64,000 bases of DNA, taken from NCBI GenBank assembly GCA_964594735.1, contig CAZQMS010000002.1, positions 50,023 to 114,022 of the forward strand. The letters are read 5' to 3'. This document shows, in pieces, positions 10,387 to 20,300 of this stretch. A program made the position numbers and the translations under genes. The notes below the pieces were generated by a model, which saw nothing but the letters and a program-made list of their open reading frames with translations, was not told where the DNA came from and did not search any database. Position 1 is the first letter of the stretch. Each line of letters starts with the position of its first letter. This DNA is from an uncultured Candidatus Saccharibacteria bacterium. GTDB lineage: Bacteria; Patescibacteriota; Minisyncoccia; Phycocordibacterales; UBA2100.

Positions 10387-10742
10387 AACAGTCTTGCGCC
10401 GCTGCACGCGACGCATATAATACTGAGGTGAGTGCCACAAAGTGTGGCTCGCAGATTGAAAGTCGCTGAAGTACCGCCCGCAAGGGCGGTATTCAGTTTC
10501 TCCCGCACAACAGTCATGCAAAAGCACCCCTTGCGGGGTGCTTTTGAAGGGCGCACTGCGGAGGACGGGTGCGAGCTCCAAAAAGTGAAAGTCTTATGTG
10601 AGTGCCGCCGCCCTCCGCGATGCGTCCTTTTCTATCTGCTGAAAGCGTAGCACCGAGAACATGTTTGGCAAGCGTTCGCGAGCGAAAAAAATTGTGCATA
10701 CATGGACGCGAGTTATCCTGTGAAAGTGTTCTCATATAATTA

Positions 10743-10789
10743 TTATCTACATCAGAAATTCATTTTCAAAAAATAAAAAGTTATCCACA
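10743..10789. promoter_or_regulatory. Two DnaA-box-like 9-mers (TTATCTACA at 10743-10751, perfect TTATCCACA at 10781-10789) inside a ~200-bp AT-rich island
   Basis: Read directly from the sequence. Surrounding 10700-10900 is ~70% AT in a ~60% GC window. Confidence 0.35.
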
Positions 10790-10887
10790 TAATTATTTCA
10801 AAAAACATTTCTTTCCGTGCATGAGTGCAATAATAAAACAAACGCTGTAGCGTTTCGCGCGCGAAGCGAAGGTCGAGTTTAATACTC

Positions 10888-10977
10888 ATGAAAAAAATTA
10901 CATCTATGGCAAAGAAAAAGAAGGCGAAAAAGACAGCCAAGAAAAAGAAGGCCACGAAGCGCAAGAAGCGCGCGTAG
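10888..10977 (+). CDS. Micro-ORF encoding a 29-aa (or 23-aa from the second ATG at 10906) highly Lys-rich peptide
   Basis: MKKITSMAKKKKAKKTAKKKKATKRKKRA*. It is preceded by an AT-rich region and immediately followed by a strong intrinsic terminator. Below the 60-aa ORF track cutoff. Confidence 0.3.
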   Translation: MKKITSMAKKKKAKKTAKKKKATKRKKRA

Positions 10978-10982
10978 TCTCG

Positions 10983-11008
10983 AAAAAGCCCCCGCAAGGG
11001 GGCTTTTT
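10983..11008 (+). terminator. Rho-independent terminator (GC hairpin AAAAAGCCCCCGCAAGGGGGCTTTTT)
   Basis: Perfect 7-bp GC stem with a GCAA loop, flanked by an A-tract and a T-tract. Confidence 0.6.
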
Positions 11009-11220
11009 CATTTTCAAACATTTTCAAACATTACCGTGGCGCAGCCACGGCTGTAATTGAAGATTGAAAATGAAAAAGCGACCGGAGCCGGGGACCCTTC
11101 GAGCGGGGAGGTGAGGTGGGGCCTGCGCGCGCTCGCGTAGCGAGCGACGCGTGGGCTTTTTTATAGGGTGCTGCATGGTATTGCACAGCTCGCGCAGTTC
11201 ATGGAAGAAGAAGTCGCAGA

Positions 11221-13776
11221 GTGGTAGGATGGGTATCCATGTCATTTTGGAGGGGACTCATAGGAGACACCAATGTCGCGGCGCTCAGGCGTGCGCAGCC
11301 TATTGTGGCGGCGGTCAATGCGCTCGAGGACACGTTCCGCGCGCTCTCCGACGACGCGCTGAGGGCCAAGTCGGCCGAGTTTAAGGAGCGCCTGAATCCG
11401 CCAGCCGGCGGAGGGGATACGCTCGATAGCCTTGCCCCAGAGGCTTTTGCGGCGGTCCGCGAAGCGTCGCGCCGTACCCTCGGGCAGCGTCATTTCGATG
11501 TGCAGCTCATCGGCGGCATGATATTGCATCAGGGCGGAATCGCTGAAATGCGCACGGGTGAAGGCAAGACGCTCGTCGCCACACTCCCCGCGTACCTCAA
11601 TGCGCTCGAGGGTAGAGGCGTGCACATTGTGACCGTCAACGACTACCTCTCCCGCCGCGATGGCGCATGGATGGGGCAGATATACTACGCACTTGGCCTC
11701 TCTGTGGGCGTGCTCAACCACGAGTCCTCATTTATATACGACCCGTCGCACGTGCCGCCCGAAATAAAGGCAGAAGAAGAGGCGCAGCAGGATAAAGAAG
11801 GCAGCTTCAAGGTCGCGGGCGATTTCCTCCGCCCGTGCACGAGGAGGGAGGCGTACGCCGCCGACATCACGTACGGTACCAACAACGAATTCGGCTTCGA
11901 CTACCTCCGCGACAACCTCGAGTACGAGGCGGGCAACCTCCGCCAGCGTATCCCACAAGAGGGTGGCTATCGCTTCGCGATTGTCGACGAAATAGACTCC
12001 ATCCTCATTGACGAAGCGCGTACCCCGCTCATTATTTCCGCACCCGTCTCGCGGGCCGAGTCGCTTTATGGGCAATTCGCGCAGATAGCGCGCGGCATGG
12101 TGCGCGAAGAGGACTACACGGTCGACGAGAAGCACAAGCAGATAGCCATGACTGATGCGGGCATCGAGAAGGCGCAGGCCGCACTGGGGCTCGACAATAT
12201 CTATACGGATGCCGGTATCAAGATGGTGCACCACCTCGAGACGGCCGTGCGGGCAAAGGCCATTTTTGAGCGCGACAAAGACTACGTCGTCCGCGATGGC
12301 GCCATCATTATTGTCGATGAGTTCACGGGCCGCCTCCAGCCAGGGCGACGCTGGTCCGATGGCCTGCACCAGGCCATCGAGGCAAAAGAGGGGGTCGCCG
12401 TGCAGCAGGAGAGTCGTACTTTCGCATCGATTACATTCCAGAATTACTTCCGGCTCTACGACAAGCTCGCCGGCATGACAGGTACTGCCGCCACCTCCTC
12501 TGAGGAGTTCTACAAAGTGTATGGTCTCAACGTGGCGAGCGTCCCGACCAACAAGCCCATCCAGCGCGAGGACCTCGACGACCTCATCTTGCAAACTGAA
12601 AACGGTAAGATGAAAGCCATCGCGAAGCGCGTGCGTGAGCTCCACGAGAAAGGGCAGCCGGTCCTCATCGGCACGGTATCGGTGGAGAAAAACGAACTCC
12701 TCTCCGCGTACTTCAAGCAGGAGGGTATTCCGCACGAAATGCTCAATGCCAAGAACCACGAGCGCGAGGGCGAGATAATCGCGCAGGCGGGAAAGAAGGG
12801 CGCGGTCACAATCGCGACCAACATGGCAGGGCGCGGCGTCGACATCAAACTCGGTGGTAATCCCGGCACTCCGGATGTGTATGAGGAGGTGAAATCGCTC
12901 GGCGGTCTTTTTGTGCTCGGTACGGAGCGGCACGAAGCGCGACGAATCGACAATCAGCTGCGCGGCCGCTCAGGGCGACAGGGTGATCCAGGCGTGACGC
13001 AGTTTTACGTCTCTCTCGAGGACAGTCTCATGCGCGTCTTTGCAAGCGACGTCATCAAGCGGGTAATGGGCTCTTTCAATATCCCGGAGGACGAACCGAT
13101 TTTCAACAAGATGATAACGCGCTCTCTTGAGAAGGCGCAGACGAGGATAGAGGAGATACACTTCGACTCGCGCAAGCATGTGCTCGCGTACGACGACGTC
13201 CTCAACATCCAGCGCCAGAGTATTTACGCACGCCGCAGGGCACTCCTTACCGGCGGCGACGATGCGGTGCTCGCAGAGCTCGAGCGGCTCGCGCTTTCTG
13301 ATGCGGCTCTTGCTCAAGCTATACAGAAAAAGAAAGAGGAGCTTGCGGATGCGTTTGTGCCGACGGTGCGTCGCATTCTCCTGCAGGGCATCGACTTCCT
13401 CTGGGTGGAGCATCTCGAAGCGATGGAGTACTTGCGCTCGAGTGTGAATTTGCGCGCGTACGGACAGCGCGACCCGCTCGTCGAGTATAAAAAGGAGGGG
13501 AGGAAACTCTTTGATCAGTTGGAGGAGACATACGCATCGCATGTGAGAACGCTCATACCAAATATCGGTATGACGCAGCAAGTGCGCACTGCGCCGGTGC
13601 AGGAGCGCGCCGTGTCGCGCGCCGTGCAATCGATAACTGCGCAGTCGGCTGTAGTGGGGAAGAAAGAGTACGGTCGCAATGACAAGGTGACTATCACCAA
13701 TGGTACTGAGACGAAAGAAATGAAATTTAAGAAAGCAGAGCAGCTTCTCGCAGACGGCTGGCGCATTGTCGCGTAG
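11221..13776 (+). CDS. secA: Preprotein translocase ATPase SecA
   Basis: DEAD-like motor signatures (MRTGEGKT Walker A, IVDEIDSILIDEARTPLIIS, TNMAGRGVDIKLGG), 851 aa. The start could instead be the internal Met at 11239. Confidence 0.95.
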   Translation: MVGWVSMSFWRGLIGDTNVAALRRAQPIVAAVNALEDTFRALSDDALRAKSAEFKERLNPPAGGGDTLDSLAPEAFAAVREASRRTLGQRHFDVQLIGGMILHQGGIAEMRTGEGKTLVATLPAYLNALEGRGVHIVTVNDYLSRRDGAWMGQIYYALGLSVGVLNHESSFIYDPSHVPPEIKAEEEAQQDKEGSFKVAGDFLRPCTRREAYAADITYGTNNEFGFDYLRDNLEYEAGNLRQRIPQEGGYRFAIVDEIDSILIDEARTPLIISAPVSRAESLYGQFAQIARGMVREEDYTVDEKHKQIAMTDAGIEKAQAALGLDNIYTDAGIKMVHHLETAVRAKAIFERDKDYVVRDGAIIIVDEFTGRLQPGRRWSDGLHQAIEAKEGVAVQQESRTFASITFQNYFRLYDKLAGMTGTAATSSEEFYKVYGLNVASVPTNKPIQREDLDDLILQTENGKMKAIAKRVRELHEKGQPVLIGTVSVEKNELLSAYFKQEGIPHEMLNAKNHEREGEIIAQAGKKGAVTIATNMAGRGVDIKLGGNPGTPDVYEEVKSLGGLFVLGTERHEARRIDNQLRGRSGRQGDPGVTQFYVSLEDSLMRVFASDVIKRVMGSFNIPEDEPIFNKMITRSLEKAQTRIEEIHFDSRKHVLAYDDVLNIQRQSIYARRRALLTGGDDAVLAELERLALSDAALAQAIQKKKEELADAFVPTVRRILLQGIDFLWVEHLEAMEYLRSSVNLRAYGQRDPLVEYKKEGRKLFDQLEETYASHVRTLIPNIGMTQQVRTAPVQERAVSRAVQSITAQSAVVGKKEYGRNDKVTITNGTETKEMKFKKAEQLLADGWRIVA

Positions 13777-14203
13777 CGCAAATAACCTCCCTTTACACGA
13801 GACGACGGGTGTTGTGTGTACTTCTGTCGCTTTTGTCGCGTTAGGCAGCAAGATATATTGAAAGTTGAGTACGGATGATTGAACGTAGGGTTGGCATAGG
13901 ACTAGCTGCGCTCACGACGCGCTACTCGAGTTCCACATTCTCGCCTCCTACATTCAGTATCTCGGCGCCCGAGATGGCTTTGTGTAGCGGCACATCTCGG
14001 CGGGCTCGGCTACGCGAGGGTTAGCAATCAGGCAAAAACGACGGGCGAAGTGCGAAGCGCGTAGGGACGCCACAGTAGACTTTCGGGTGGCGGATCTAAC
14101 GTGGGTGGCAGCGATAGGCCGCTACCGACGTGCAGGACTCAGGTGTGGCAGGGCTATGCGAGGGTATTCCATGCAGGCGCGGGAGGTCGTATGATGCCAG
14201 CGT

Positions 14204-15661
14204 ATGACTCAGTACGTGCCCACCATAGGACTCGAAATACATGCTGAGCTTCGCACTGAGACGAAGATGTTTTGCAGTTCGAAAAATGATCCTGATGAGG
14301 CAAGACCCAACGTAAACATCTGCCCCGTCTGCATGGCGCACCCAGGGACGCTACCGGTAATAAACAAGCAGGCAGTCATGCATGTATTGCGTGTGGGTAC
14401 GGCGCTGGGCGCGAAGCTTGCCGATTACACGGAGTTCGACCGCAAGAACTATTTCTATCCGGATTTGCCAAAGGGGTACCAGCTCTCGCAGTACGAGTAT
14501 CCGCTTGTCTCGGGAGGCGAGCTCGCTGGCGTAGCTATTACACGCGTGCATCTCGAGGAAGACACGGCAAGCTCGATGCATGATGAAGCGACGGGTGAGA
14601 CCACCATCGACTACAACCGTGCGGGTGTCCCGCTCATGGAACTCGTCACCGAGCCGGTGATCCATAGCGCAGAGCAGGCTGGTGAATTTGCGCGTGAGCT
14701 GCAGCTACTCCTCAGGGCGCTCGGCGCGAGTGAGGCCAATATGGAAAAGGGCGAGATGCGTGTCGAGGCCAACGTATCGGTAGGGATTGGAGAGACGCTG
14801 GGTACCAAGGTAGAGATCAAAAACCTCAACTCTTTCAACGCAATGGAGCGAGCGGTACGCTACGAGATTGAGCGACAGAAAGCGCTTCTCGAACGGGGTG
14901 AGAAGGTCCGGCAAGAGACGCTCGGTTGGGATGAGACCAAGCAGGCTACCTTTGCGCAGCGCAGCAAAGAGGGAAGCGCCGACTACCGCTACTTCCCAGA
15001 CCCTGATTTGCCCAGCCTCAAACTTACCGAAGTACGAAGTATGAGTTACGAAACGCTGCTCGCAACGTTGCCAGAGTTGCCGGCGCAGAAGCGTGCGCGG
15101 TACGTGGCTGCTGGCGTAAAGGCCGAAGACGCAGATTCATTCGTAAAGGATGAGCGATTTGGCGTATTCTTCGAAGAAGTGGTCAGCAGCTTGCCGGAGG
15201 CGCAGCATGCAATCGCGAGCAACTACATTGCCAATGACCTGGCAGGCATCGTCTCCGCCGCCGCTAAAGCTAAGGTGGACAGGCGAGACATTGAGAGTCG
15301 AGATTCGATTTCAAGCGCTGGAATACCTGTCGAGGCAAAGCATTTTGCTGAGCTCGTGACTTTAGTGGCCGAGAGGAAGGTAACCTCCCGCGCCGCAAAG
15401 GATATTCTCGCGCTTATGGTGCAAGAGGGGGGTAGCCCGAGTGCTCTAGCTGAGAAGCACGATTTGCTGCAGAAGACTGATTCAGGGCTTCTGGAGAGTG
15501 TCGTGAAGGGGGTAATCGAATCAAATCAAAGCGTGGCAGCGGATTACAGGGCCGGCAAGGGTGCTGCACTCGAGTTTCTTCTCGGGCAGTGCATGAGGCA
15601 GCTGAAGGGCGCGGGGGATCCCGTTGTACTGCGTGAGATGCTTACGAAGGCAATGTCCTGA
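14204..15661 (+). CDS. gatB: Asp-tRNA(Asn)/Glu-tRNA(Gln) amidotransferase subunit B
   Basis: N-terminus MTQYVPTIGLEIHAEL...NICPVCMAHPGTLPV and 485 aa length, typical of GatB. Confidence 0.95.
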   Translation: MTQYVPTIGLEIHAELRTETKMFCSSKNDPDEARPNVNICPVCMAHPGTLPVINKQAVMHVLRVGTALGAKLADYTEFDRKNYFYPDLPKGYQLSQYEYPLVSGGELAGVAITRVHLEEDTASSMHDEATGETTIDYNRAGVPLMELVTEPVIHSAEQAGEFARELQLLLRALGASEANMEKGEMRVEANVSVGIGETLGTKVEIKNLNSFNAMERAVRYEIERQKALLERGEKVRQETLGWDETKQATFAQRSKEGSADYRYFPDPDLPSLKLTEVRSMSYETLLATLPELPAQKRARYVAAGVKAEDADSFVKDERFGVFFEEVVSSLPEAQHAIASNYIANDLAGIVSAAAKAKVDRRDIESRDSISSAGIPVEAKHFAELVTLVAERKVTSRAAKDILALMVQEGGSPSALAEKHDLLQKTDSGLLESVVKGVIESNQSVAADYRAGKGAALEFLLGQCMRQLKGAGDPVVLREMLTKAMS

Positions 15662-15663
15662 CG

Positions 15664-15972
15664 GTGTATACTCGAGATATGGCGAAGAAGAACGCTCGTG
15701 CATCAGATAAGGTAGACACGATTGAAAAGCTCGCAATTCTTGTGCACGAGGGCTTTGAGCGTATAGACGAGCGGTTCGAGCGCATGGATAAGCGATTTGA
15801 TGAGGTAGACGCCCAGCTGCATGATATGCGGGCTGAATTGGCAGATATACGTCGCAGAATCGAAAGATTGGAAGCCCTGGGTGCGAATCATGCCGGATTT
15901 ACGAAGGAAATTGACCACCTCATCGCGCGTGTCACCGCGCTCGAGAAGCGTCTGGCAAGATCGAGTAAGTAG
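15664..15972 (+). CDS. Small coiled-coil protein (hypothetical). First gene of the giant-fibre array.
   Basis: 102 aa with heptad-rich ERFERMDKRFDEVDAQLHDMRAELADIRRRIERLEAL. Begins 3 bp after gatB. Confidence 0.45.
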   Translation: MYTRDMAKKNARASDKVDTIEKLAILVHEGFERIDERFERMDKRFDEVDAQLHDMRAELADIRRRIERLEALGANHAGFTKEIDHLIARVTALEKRLARSSK

Positions 15973-16034
15973 CGCTGTCCACACTATCTCGCCTGAGCGA
16001 GCAACCGAGATTCGGCTCAATGTATACTTATCTC

Positions 16035-17018
16035 ATGGCAGATGAGATATACCTCGGCAACACGACATATGTATCTTCAAAGCGCGCGGCAAAGGAATAC
16101 GGCTACGCGCAGGACTACGTCGGGCAGCTTGCGCGTGGTGGAGTCATCGACGCGCAGCGCGTAGGCGGGCTCTGGTACGTGAATCCCGCCTCGCTCGAGG
16201 CGTATAAGCGCAATGCTGAGGCCTATGTGCCAAAGATTGCAGAATCCTCCATACGCCCTCCTGAGGCCGCAGACACGCTTATAACCTTCGACGGCAAGGA
16301 TTACGTCTCCGCGGCCAAGGCAGCGCGCCTCACAGGCTACAACCCAGACTACGTGGGGCAGCTCGCGCGCGCCGGCAAAGTGCTCTCCAGGCAGATTGGG
16401 AACCGCTGGTATGTAGAGCGCGATGGACTTCTTGCGCACAAGGCGCAGAAAGACGCGCTGCTTGCAAACGTACAGGCAGAGTCCGTGGGCCTCGTGCGCC
16501 CCGTACAGCCTGCACCTGCGCCGCAAAAGGCAGAGGAAAGGCCTGTGTCGTTCTACACCTATTCGAGGGACGAGAAGCACCTTATGCCGGTGATGAACAA
16601 ACCACAGCCAACAGAGGACGGTCGACATGCGGCGACTGATGTGAACGTGGGGACGAATAGCGCGGTGCGAAGCACGGAGCTGGAGGTACTGCCGAATACC
16701 GTACCGATACGCATCGTCCAGACCCCCGTTCGTGCCAGTGTCGCACCGCGCGCAGAGGCAGCGGCGGTGCCGCTTCGCCGGGGTCGGACATCCGGAATGA
16801 CTAAGAGTCTAGCGCTCAAAGCGGGAGTGGCTCTCACGGTGGTGATCGTGATGTCGTACGGCTTTGCGTCGATCAAGAGCGAGTCACTCTATGCGATGTA
16901 CGACGCAGCCGACCTCAGCGCAGTCGAGACCATGACGGCGAATGCCGCGAGCGGACTAGATGCCCTCCTAGACCTCTTGGAAGCCGCTGTGAGCAACGAA
17001 GTTCACTATTCTCGCTGA
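16035..17018 (+). CDS. Membrane protein with two tandem excisionase-like HTH_17-type domains and a C-terminal TM helix
   Basis: Two internal repeats (YVSSKRAAKEYGYAQDYVGQLARGGVIDAQRVGGLWYV and YVSAAKAARLTGYNPDYVGQLARAGKVLSRQIGNRWYV) match the HTH_17 pattern. There is a TM helix at aa ~265-285. The longest ORF starts at 16020. Confidence 0.6.
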   Translation: MADEIYLGNTTYVSSKRAAKEYGYAQDYVGQLARGGVIDAQRVGGLWYVNPASLEAYKRNAEAYVPKIAESSIRPPEAADTLITFDGKDYVSAAKAARLTGYNPDYVGQLARAGKVLSRQIGNRWYVERDGLLAHKAQKDALLANVQAESVGLVRPVQPAPAPQKAEERPVSFYTYSRDEKHLMPVMNKPQPTEDGRHAATDVNVGTNSAVRSTELEVLPNTVPIRIVQTPVRASVAPRAEAAAVPLRRGRTSGMTKSLALKAGVALTVVIVMSYGFASIKSESLYAMYDAADLSAVETMTANAASGLDALLDLLEAAVSNEVHYSR

Positions 17019-17361
17019 GTATCCCACAGTCGATAGCCACAAAGCGGCGCCCGAAAGGGCGCCGCTTGTCATTTGTGCGTTGCACGCGCGAAATGTCGCT
17101 TTACATCGTTGCTCGGGAGTCCGAGTCGGCGCGGAGGTGCGGGTAGGTACGAGGCGAGAGGTTGTAGTGACGAGAATTCTTAAAAAAAGCGGAGAATTTT
17201 TTGCGCGTTGAAGCGAACTCGGAAGAAAAAAATAAAAAATGTCCGATACGAAATTCGTGTAATGTTTTCCACACAAAATCGTGTCCAATATGCGTCCAAT
17301 ACACGAAAAGACTAGTAAACTGTTAGATAAATCGTGCATCCGGCCTGATGAACAAACGCTC

Positions 17362-20300
17362 ATGAGCAACGAAATTTTCTTCGACGGATTGAAGTACATC
17401 TCGGCCGGCGATGCGTCTGAGACTACGGGACTTTCGCGTGACTATATCGCGAGACTTTGTCGCGACGGAAAGCTTCGCGGAAGGCGGGTTGGGAAGAACT
17501 GGTACGTCGATGAAGAGTCGCTCAGGCGTTTTGGTATCGAACAGGAGCATCAGAAGGCGGTGCGTAGGGTGCAGCTGTCGGAAGAGAGGGTGCGAGAGTA
17601 CCGCGGCGCGGCGGACAAGCCGCAAAGTTTAAAGTTGCAAGTAGAAAGTGAAAAGGCGACGGCCGTGACTGCGGTCACGAGCCATGAGTCACCAGTCACC
17701 CCCAAGGTGGCGCAACCAGTTGCGCCGACGGCCGTGACGAAAACATTTGCGGCGCACGCGAAGCACGTGCAGGACAAGCTTGCGGCCGCAGCGCTCGCAC
17801 AAAGTGCGAGAGTCGCACATGCGATGCCGTCTATCGCTGCAGCACCAAGTGGTGTGCATGAAGCGGTCGCACGTACGCTCAGCCATGCGCACGTGCATGT
17901 GCCGGTGTACACGCTCACACCTGCGGCGGAATTCTTGCAGAAGTTCGTTGCAATCTTTGTTGCGTTCACCATGACATTTGGCACGTACGCTTTTGTAGAC
18001 CCGGCGTACGCACGCTTTGCGGTAGAGTCTGCTCGCGGATTTCTCGCGAGCACTACAGAGTCGCTCGCACGCATTGATGACGCTGCTGATCGCGCGATGC
18101 GTGTGGCGCATAGCTCTGCGTACTTCGCTGCGGAGAATCCTGAGGTGGCGCTCGCGCAAGTCTCGAGCGCGACGCTCGCATTTATCCCGAACGCGCTGCA
18201 GAATCTCGCGCGCTCGTTCAACACGAGTGTCGACACCTTTGTCTACAACATCCTTTTCTCCGACGGTGCGACGAATTCTCTCGCGCTCACGCCGCTCGAC
18301 CCAGGATTTGTGGACGCGACAGCGCCGTATGAGCGTGCGCAGCAATTGGCAGCGCAGACATCTGTGCCACCCACCGTCGCAACGAGTACGACGACCGTCA
18401 TCACCAATGAGCGAATCGTCGAGCGCATCATTGAGACGGAGCGTATTGTCGCCGCGGCGGGCGGCATCAACGATGCGGACCTCGAATTGCGTCTTTCGGC
18501 GCTCGAGCAGCGCCTCACAGGCCTCGTCGCCGGTGTCTCTACGGCACAGACCACAAGCGTGAACAACGTCTACCAGACAGTGGCGCTCACCAACAAAATC
18601 GACCAGCTCAGTAGCGTCGACATTTCGGACTCTACGATTACGGGGGGCACCCTTTCGGGAGTGTCGCTGAGCGATATTTCATTCTCCGGTACCGCCACCA
18701 CGACCTTCGCCAATGGGATTGACCTTGCCGACGGGTGCTTCGCCGTAGATGGCGCGTGTATCACCGGCGGCGGTGGCTCTGTAGACACGAGCGTCTCGAA
18801 CAACTGGACGGCGCTCCAGATATTCTCAGGCGGTGCATCGAGTACCAACTTCTCCAACTTTGGTACCGCGTACTTCGGCGGCAGCGCGACGACGACCATC
18901 GACTCGACGGGGGCGCTCTCGCTCGCTAACCTCACCAATTCACTCTTGTGGGTAAATGGTAGCGGCACGGTCGCCGCGACGACGACGCCTACCGCCGCCT
19001 ATTTCATCGCCACGTCTACATCCCTTGCTTCTTCGTTCCCGTACGCATCATCGACCGCACTCTCCGTCTCGGGCACCGCATTCTTCCCCGGCTCCGGTAT
19101 CTGGGATTCATCCGGCAACGTCGGTGTTGGGGACACAACTCCAAGCTATGCACTCGATGTCAATGGCGTCGTGGCAACCAATAATTACTTCTTCAATACA
19201 AACACTGCGGCAACGCAAGTTCTCCTGAATAGTGGAACGACGTATTACGGTAACATTCAAAATGAAAGTGGTTCGCCGGACCGCTGGTCACTCGGGTATG
19301 GCACTACAAACACCACGGCACTCAAGACGCCGGTTCTCACTTGGACGAGTGGCGGAAATGTAGGTATTGGTACTTCGACGCCGTGGGCGAAGTTCTCGAT
19401 TGCGAACTCGACGGGCGACACCGCTGGCCAAGCGCTCTTCACCATCTCCTCCTCGACCGCATCTGCGACGACGACGCTCTTCCACGTGGCGAATAGTGGG
19501 AATGTGGGGGTGGGTACATCCAGTCCCATGGGGTTGTTTTCAGTGAGTGGTCAAATGACGAGTGACAGTTGGTGTTCGAACACACTCAGTGTCTGTGTGT
19601 ATCCTAGCAGCGGATTTTTCGCTATACGTAATCGGGCTAATAGCGCGTACGCACCAGTCTCGTTGGCTAACGTCTACTTTGGTGACGCGAATGTATATGT
19701 TGGTGGCGCAGGCATCACTGACACAGGGTCAACTCTTACGGTGGGAGGGAATTTAAGTGCCCATGCGTTTTATGACAAGGGCAACACTGCCTATTATCTA
19801 GACCCCGCGGCGGCAACATCTCTCATTGTTGCCGGCAAGGTCGGTGTGGGCACTACGTCGCCACTCGCCAAATTCGCAGTGCACGCTAACAACGGCGAGA
19901 CCAATACGCGGCTCTTTGAAATCGCATCTTCGACTGCGAGTGCGACGACAACACACTTTGTAGTGACCAACAGCGGGAATGTGGGTGTTGGGACAGCGAG
20001 TCCGTCAGGAAAATTGCACGTTGAAAACGGTAGATTTCTGGCAACAAGAAGTTCCAACAGCAAAGCGGCACACATCGCGTCGTTTGGTTCTTCGGCTAGC
20101 GCGGGGAACTCCTTGATAATTTACGGCGGAAACAATAGCGGAGACCCAATGTACATCGGCACAGACTACTGGTCTTCCGATGGTCAGTTGAGACTCGGCA
20201 CCTATACGACACCGGATACGATTGCGCTCGCAACGAACGGCAACGTCGGCATCGGGACGACGGATCCTCAGGCACTATTGCAAGTGCGTAAAAATCAGGC

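Noticed and set aside
11728-13851. Two long minus-strand ORFs (401 aa and 293 aa) inside secA
   Set aside because: Antisense to a highly conserved secA. No recognisable domains.
13777-14203. Possible tmRNA, RNase P or SRP RNA between secA and gatB
   Set aside because: I could not find the conserved RNase P P4 (AGGAAAGUCCGGGCUCC), SRP domain IV or tmRNA acceptor/tag elements by eye. It is kept only as a low-interest finding.
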